Positions 59,356 through 64,000 of a DNA stretch of 64,000 nt are shown one piece after another (positions within the stretch are counted from its first letter, which is position 1; each line of letters opens with the position of its first letter). The notes beneath the pieces are model-generated. The model was not told the origin of the DNA and did no database searches. It saw only the letters and a program-made list of their open reading frames with translations. The stretch comes from an uncultured delta proteobacterium (GTDB lineage: Bacteria; Desulfobacterota; Desulfobacteria; Desulfobacterales; Desulfosalsimonadaceae), in NCBI GenBank assembly GCA_963826785.1, contig CAWGYD010000001.1, forward strand, positions 480,001 to 544,000, written 5' to 3'. Position numbers and translations under genes: made by a program.

Positions 59356-59919
59356 TTATCTCATTCCCCCCTGATTCAGATCATTCGGATTCCCGTAGCC
59401 TTCCTGACTTTCTTCCTGATTCAAATTTCGCTGTTGGGATGACGAACCGTAATAGCCCCGCACTTTGTTTTCAACGTTCGGGCTTGCAAAATTGGGCCAC
59501 TGATTTGCGCTGAACACCGGCGCATTCTGCAATTGCTGCCGACTGACGCTGATTTGAACCCGGCCGTTCAAATAGGTCGGATTCGCCGCGTCCCAGGGAA
59601 TCGGAATCAACTCTCCGCCTCTCCCGCTTAATCCCTGCTGGGAATACCCCGGGTTCACGATGATGTAATCGATCCCGCCATTTTGGCCGATCAGGATGTT
59701 TTCGACCTGCCCGATATTCTGCCCCTGGGAATCAACGACGTTCTGATTGATCATCTGTTGAAGGGTCGCGTATGCCTGCTGGATAGCCTCCTGCCCGGTA
59801 AGGATTTGGTTCAAGATATTCCCCGCCTGATTCTGGGCCAGGCCCGGCGTCGATCCGAGTGCACCGATCAAGCAAAGAGAAAGAAAGATTTTAAGCATTT
59901 TAGAGTTGAGCTTTTTCAT
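59356..59919 (-). CDS. Secreted PRC-barrel domain protein
   Basis: Signal peptide; VVDSQGQNIGQVENILI...LIPIPW...LQNAP. Confidence 0.8.
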   Translation of the reverse strand: MKKLNSKMLKIFLSLCLIGALGSTPGLAQNQAGNILNQILTGQEAIQQAYATLQQMINQNVVDSQGQNIGQVENILIGQNGGIDYIIVNPGYSQQGLSGRGGELIPIPWDAANPTYLNGRVQISVSRQQLQNAPVFSANQWPNFASPNVENKVRGYYGSSSQQRNLNQEESQEGYGNPNDLNQGGMR

Positions 59920-59949
59920 TCTGGTTTTTCCCCTCTTTTAAAATAGGCT

Positions 59950-59996
59950 GCGTTGCCCGGCAGCATTGACGAAAAATGACGGCTGCCGGGCAACGC
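59950..59996. terminator. Perfect 15-bp inverted repeat between the csbD-like and PRC-barrel genes (terminator or stabiliser hairpin)
   Basis: GCGTTGCCCGGCAGC-N17-GCTGCCGGGCAACGC; no clear U-tract. Confidence 0.45.
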
Positions 59997-60037
59997 GCAA
60001 CTTTGACGATTTGCGTCGTCAAATTAGCCGGTTATGA

Positions 60038-60235
60038 TTATAAAGTTCTGCCGAAATCGTCTACTTCTCTTTCAGCTTTTTCCCTTGCCATTCCATACTT
60101 TTCCTGGATTTTGCCGATGAGCTCTTCACGTTTTCCCTCAACCACATCGAGATCGTCATCCGTAAGCTTGCCCCATTTCTGCCGGGCTTTGCCCTTCGTC
60201 TGTTTCCAGTTTCCCTTGATCTGATTCCAATCCAT
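60038..60235 (-). CDS. CsbD/YjbJ-family general stress protein
   Basis: WNQIKGNWKQTKGKARQKWGKLTDDDL...G.IQEKYG; AAGGAG RBS. Confidence 0.92.
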   Translation of the reverse strand: MDWNQIKGNWKQTKGKARQKWGKLTDDDLDVVEGKREELIGKIQEKYGMAREKAEREVDDFGRTL

Positions 60236-60508
60236 AGTGCAAATCTCCTTCCTTTGGGTTTAATCGCAGGGTTTCTGATAGGGTAAAATACGCTGCATCA
60301 CTAACTTAAAGTCTAACTTGGGATCGTCGAAAAACAATGGAGGAAATCTTGTATTTTGGCCTCCCGGCCCCATGCAGAAACGGTATTTTCGATGGTACGT
60401 GCTTCCGGTCCTGCTCGTGAACGTGATCGCCGGTTTCTTACTGCAAAAACGCCGCGCAGCGAAGTAGATGGCTTTATACCAGGAGACAATCCGGGGGAAC
60501 CAGGCCGT

Positions 60509-63500
60509 TTATACCGGCCGGACCGCTTCCGCATTCAGGGTGACCGCCCCCCAGTTTTCATCGACTTTGCCCGAGAGCAGAAACGGCCGGCCGTAATCCA
60601 GGATATGGCAGAAGCGATTGTAGATTTTGGGAAAGAGGACGGTTTCCACGATGCCGGTCTCATCCTCGAAGGTGACGAACTTCATGGGGTCGCCCTTGGC
60701 AGTGAGCACGGTCTTGCCGGTGATGAGCCACCCGGCGAATTGCACGCGGCGGCCCAGGTGTTTGGGGATGGCATCGGCCCTGGTAAGATTCAGCGGTTTT
60801 AAGCGGTCTTCAAACAGGGTCATGGGGTGGCAGGCACATAGAAACCCCAGCACGGCAAATTCGTACCGCAGCCGGTTTTGGGGGTCGTCTTCGGGGAGAT
60901 CGGGCATAGCCGCGGGGGCGCAATCGGAAAACAAGGACAGGTTGGTGTTTTTTGGGGCGCGCGCTTTTTGCCATTTTGAAAACTGCCACAGGAGTGCGGC
61001 CCGGTGTTTCCGAGATGAAAACCGGTCCAGGGCGCCGGAGTGAATCAGGGCCCTGGCTTCGGTCTCATCGGGCCGGACCCGCGCAAAGAAATCATCCGCG
61101 CTTTTAAACGCCTCTTTTTCCCGTTCCTCGATGATGCGCTCCCGGCAGGCCGCGGAGAGATCTTTAATGGACAGAAACCCCACCCGCAGGGTGCGGTCAC
61201 AGCCCATCCAGCGGGTGCGGCTTTGCTGAACATCCGGTCCCAGGATGGTGATCCCCAAACGCCGGGCCTCGGACACGTAGGCAAACGCGGAGTAAAACCC
61301 GCCCTGGTTGCTGATGACCGCGGCCATGAACTCGGCCGGGAAATGGGTCTTCAGATACGCGGCCTGGAAGGAGACCCGGGCATAGGAGGCGCTGTGGGGC
61401 TTGCAGAAGGAATAGCCGTTAAAGCTCATGATCATCTTCCAGATCTGTTTGATCTGATGGTCACTCACCCCACGGGCGCGGGCCCCGGCAACAAACCGGC
61501 CCAGGTAGTCGCGCAGCTGGTGCTCCCGGTCTTTTTTCGACATGACCTTGCGCAGGCCGTCGGCTTCCGCGTGGGAAAACCCGGCCAGCGCCACGGCCAC
61601 CCGGGAGACATCCTCCTGGTAGACCATCAGGCCGAACGTCTCGGAAAGCACGTCGTTTAACAGGGGGTGGATCGCCTCCCAGGCGCCGCCGTGGAGCCGG
61701 CGAAGATACTCCTGGATCACGTCGTTGGCCGCCGGCCGGATAATGGAGGAGTGGATGACCAGGTGCTCGAAGTCGCCCACCCCGGACTTTAGCTGCAAAA
61801 GCCGCGTGGCCGGGCTTTCGATGTAGAAGCACCCCATGGTCCCGCCCCTGGCCAGCGACTCCTGGGTGGCAAAATCGTCTTCGGGCGCCCAGCGGCGCTC
61901 ATCGAGTTCGCGCCCGTTTTCGCGCAAATTGGAAATGGCATCCCGGATCACCCCCAGGCTGCGGTTGCCTAAAAGATCGATCTTGACCAGGCCGGCGTCC
62001 TCGGCGGCATCCTTTTCCCACTGGATGATGGGGACCCCCTTGGGTGCGGTCTGCACCGGCACATAGGTGTCGATGGGATTGGGCGTGATCACCACCCCGC
62101 CGGGATGGACGGAAAGATGCCGGGGCAGGCCGATGATCCGCTGGGCGATGGACAGGATCTCCGGCCAGGGGTGGGGAAAATCGATCCCCCGCATCTGCGG
62201 CAGGGCGGCGATCCGTTCCTGAAAGTCCTGGTCGGATTCCTCCATGCGCCACAGCCAGGGAAGGCGTTTTGCCACCTGGTTGATCTCGGCATCGGTCAGG
62301 CCGAAGACTCTCGCGGTCTCGCGCACGGCCATGCGGGGCTGAAAGCAGACATGGTTTGAAACGAGTGCGGCCCGGCCCGCAAATTTCTGCAATACGCCCG
62401 CAATCACGTGATCGCGCTCGTCCCAGGCAAAGTCCACGTCGATATCCGGCGGATCGGTGCGGCCGGGGTTTAAAAACCGCTCGAAATAGAGGTTGTGCTT
62501 GACCGGGCAGACATTGGTGATCCCCAGGCAGTAGGCCACCAGCGAGGCCGCCCCCGATCCCCGGCCGCAGGTGCGGGGGCTTCTGGCCACAATGTCGGCC
62601 ACGATGAGAAAATAGGCATCAAACCCCATCTGGGAAATGATGGCCAGTTCATGCTCCAGCCGGTCGGCCACGGTTTCCGATATCTCGCCGTAGCGTTTGC
62701 GGGCCCCCGTATAGGCGGCCTGGCGCAGGTGGGTTGCGGCATGCTTTGGATCGCCCGTTTCATAGGGCGGCATGACAATGCCGAAATCCGGCCGGGAAAA
62801 AGTGATCCGTTCGGCCAGTTTACGGGTGTTCTCGATGGCCTCGGGGCAGACGGAAAAGCGCTTTTCGTATTCGGCCGGGCCGGCCAGATACGCATCGGGG
62901 GGCGCGGCGTCCCCGGGCCGGAGGCGGGAGATCGCCGTATTTTGATCGATGGCCCTCAGCACCCGATGAATGTCAATCTCTTCGGGTGCTAAAAAGAAAC
63001 TCCCCGGGGTGGCCACCAGGGGGATGCCCAGTTGCCTGGCCGTTTGCCGCAGGGGGTGGATGCCGGACACGGGTTTTCGGGGCATGGCCGCGGCCGTATC
63101 CACCCCGGCCGCATGCCAGGCGCACAGCCATTCCGGGTTGGAAGTGAGCACGATCAGGCCACGGTGAAATCGGGTGACGGCGGTCTTCAGGTCAAAACCG
63201 GCATCCCTGTGGCGGCGGGTCAGCAGTTGGCAGAGATGTCCGTACCCGACCGCGTCCTTGACCAGGCAGACGGCCCGGAAGGCGGATTGGGGATCGGTGA
63301 CCTCAGCTCCGACAACCGGCCGGATCCCTTCGCGTTCGCAGGCATTCAGAAAGGGCCACAGGCCGTAGAGGTTGTCCGTGTCGGTCAGGGCCAGCCGGTC
63401 ATAGCCGAGCCTGCGGGCATGGCGGCACAGGGCCTTGATGTCCGCAGTCCCCCACATCAGGGAGTATGCGGATCGGACGGCAAGAGGGAGTAGGCTTTTT

Positions 63501-63526
63501 TCATTCACAATCGGTCGTTTTTTCAT
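60509..63526 (-). CDS. dnaE2: Error-prone DNA polymerase III alpha paralogue
   Basis: PHP domain, GRGSGAAS, PPDIDVDF, KIDLLG, YSFCKPHS and OB-fold FEDETG; short C-terminus; downstream of a Y-family gene. Confidence 0.85.
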   Translation of the reverse strand: MKKRPIVNEKSLLPLAVRSAYSLMWGTADIKALCRHARRLGYDRLALTDTDNLYGLWPFLNACEREGIRPVVGAEVTDPQSAFRAVCLVKDAVGYGHLCQLLTRRHRDAGFDLKTAVTRFHRGLIVLTSNPEWLCAWHAAGVDTAAAMPRKPVSGIHPLRQTARQLGIPLVATPGSFFLAPEEIDIHRVLRAIDQNTAISRLRPGDAAPPDAYLAGPAEYEKRFSVCPEAIENTRKLAERITFSRPDFGIVMPPYETGDPKHAATHLRQAAYTGARKRYGEISETVADRLEHELAIISQMGFDAYFLIVADIVARSPRTCGRGSGAASLVAYCLGITNVCPVKHNLYFERFLNPGRTDPPDIDVDFAWDERDHVIAGVLQKFAGRAALVSNHVCFQPRMAVRETARVFGLTDAEINQVAKRLPWLWRMEESDQDFQERIAALPQMRGIDFPHPWPEILSIAQRIIGLPRHLSVHPGGVVITPNPIDTYVPVQTAPKGVPIIQWEKDAAEDAGLVKIDLLGNRSLGVIRDAISNLRENGRELDERRWAPEDDFATQESLARGGTMGCFYIESPATRLLQLKSGVGDFEHLVIHSSIIRPAANDVIQEYLRRLHGGAWEAIHPLLNDVLSETFGLMVYQEDVSRVAVALAGFSHAEADGLRKVMSKKDREHQLRDYLGRFVAGARARGVSDHQIKQIWKMIMSFNGYSFCKPHSASYARVSFQAAYLKTHFPAEFMAAVISNQGGFYSAFAYVSEARRLGITILGPDVQQSRTRWMGCDRTLRVGFLSIKDLSAACRERIIEEREKEAFKSADDFFARVRPDETEARALIHSGALDRFSSRKHRAALLWQFSKWQKARAPKNTNLSLFSDCAPAAMPDLPEDDPQNRLRYEFAVLGFLCACHPMTLFEDRLKPLNLTRADAIPKHLGRRVQFAGWLITGKTVLTAKGDPMKFVTFEDETGIVETVLFPKIYNRFCHILDYGRPFLLSGKVDENWGAVTLNAEAVRPV

Positions 63527-63530
63527 CTTT

Positions 63531-64000
63531 TCATGATGCCATTGCCCGCCCCATGTGTATGCTGTCCGGGCCGAACCGATCCCGGATGCGGTCCATGGCA
63601 TTTATCATCGAGGCGCGTTTTTGAAAGATCTGTCCGGGTTCGGGGAAAAGCGCCATCTGGGCGGGCGGGAATACCGGCCGGGGGCAGGTCAGGCCGATGT
63701 GGCGCAGTCGCACCCGCCGGGTCCAGGCCTTGTACAGGATGGACCGTGCGGATTCAAACAGGGTGATATCGTCGGCCGACGGCCGGACAAGCTTTGCCTG
63801 CCCGAACCGGCGCAGTCCGTCGGAGTGGTCCAGCACGATGGAAAGCACCGCCGCCGTCTTGCCCTGCTGCCGCAGCGCGGCGCCAATCGTCTCCACCAGC
63901 AGGTATACCGCCCGTTCCACGGTGGGTACATCATTGGTGTCATTGCCGAATTCATGACCGGCGGTGACCTTCGGCGGCTTCTGCCCGGCGGGCAGCACCG
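63531..64000 (-). CDS. Y-family polymerase (DinB/ImuB-like), C-terminal part only
   Basis: Little-finger-like RRVRLRHIGL, clamp-binding-like QMALF and MDRIRDRFG; runs off the window end. Confidence 0.75.
   Translation of the reverse strand, partial: VLPAGQKPPKVTAGHEFGNDTNDVPTVERAVYLLVETIGAALRQQGKTAAVLSIVLDHSDGLRRFGQAKLVRPSADDITLFESARSILYKAWTRRVRLRHIGLTCPRPVFPPAQMALFPEPGQIFQKRASMINAMDRIRDRFGPDSIHMGRAMAS

Noticed and set aside
1..64000. tRNA, rRNA, riboswitch or autonomous transposase/integrase
   Set aside because: None recognised by eye; a covariance-model search (Infernal/Rfam, tRNAscan-SE) is needed to exclude small RNAs

Overview
GC-rich bacterial chromosomal region, probably from a Desulfobacterota/deltaproteobacterium (inferred from gene content and repeat style, not demonstrated). 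It contains three respiratory modules: cytochrome bd (cydAB), a selenocysteine formate dehydrogenase cluster (in-frame UGA plus SECIS) and, directly upstream on the same strand, narGHJI-narK. Other genes include opgG/opgH, several general-stress-type genes (CsbD, ferritin-like, SDR, OsmC, PRC-barrel), a nucleotidyltransferase-metallophosphoesterase pair, a secreted Q/N/G/Y-rich prion-like protein, a glycyl radical enzyme with an SCP2-like N-terminus, a LigE-type secreted DNA ligase and a dinB/imuB-dnaE2 cassette. Many intergenic spaces carry palindromic repeats of three families, some expanded into ~30-bp tandem arrays. The clearest hidden structure is a 473-bp transposase-less cassette (48111-48583). 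It has IS231/IS4-like terminal inverted repeats and an 11-bp flanking direct repeat, is inserted into one of these palindromes, and carries a small GIY-YIG nuclease gene bracketed by its own inverted REP-like hairpins. A decayed relative appears near 2338-2441. Three single-base indels in short homopolymers suggest consensus errors. No rRNA, tRNA or CRISPR array was recognised.
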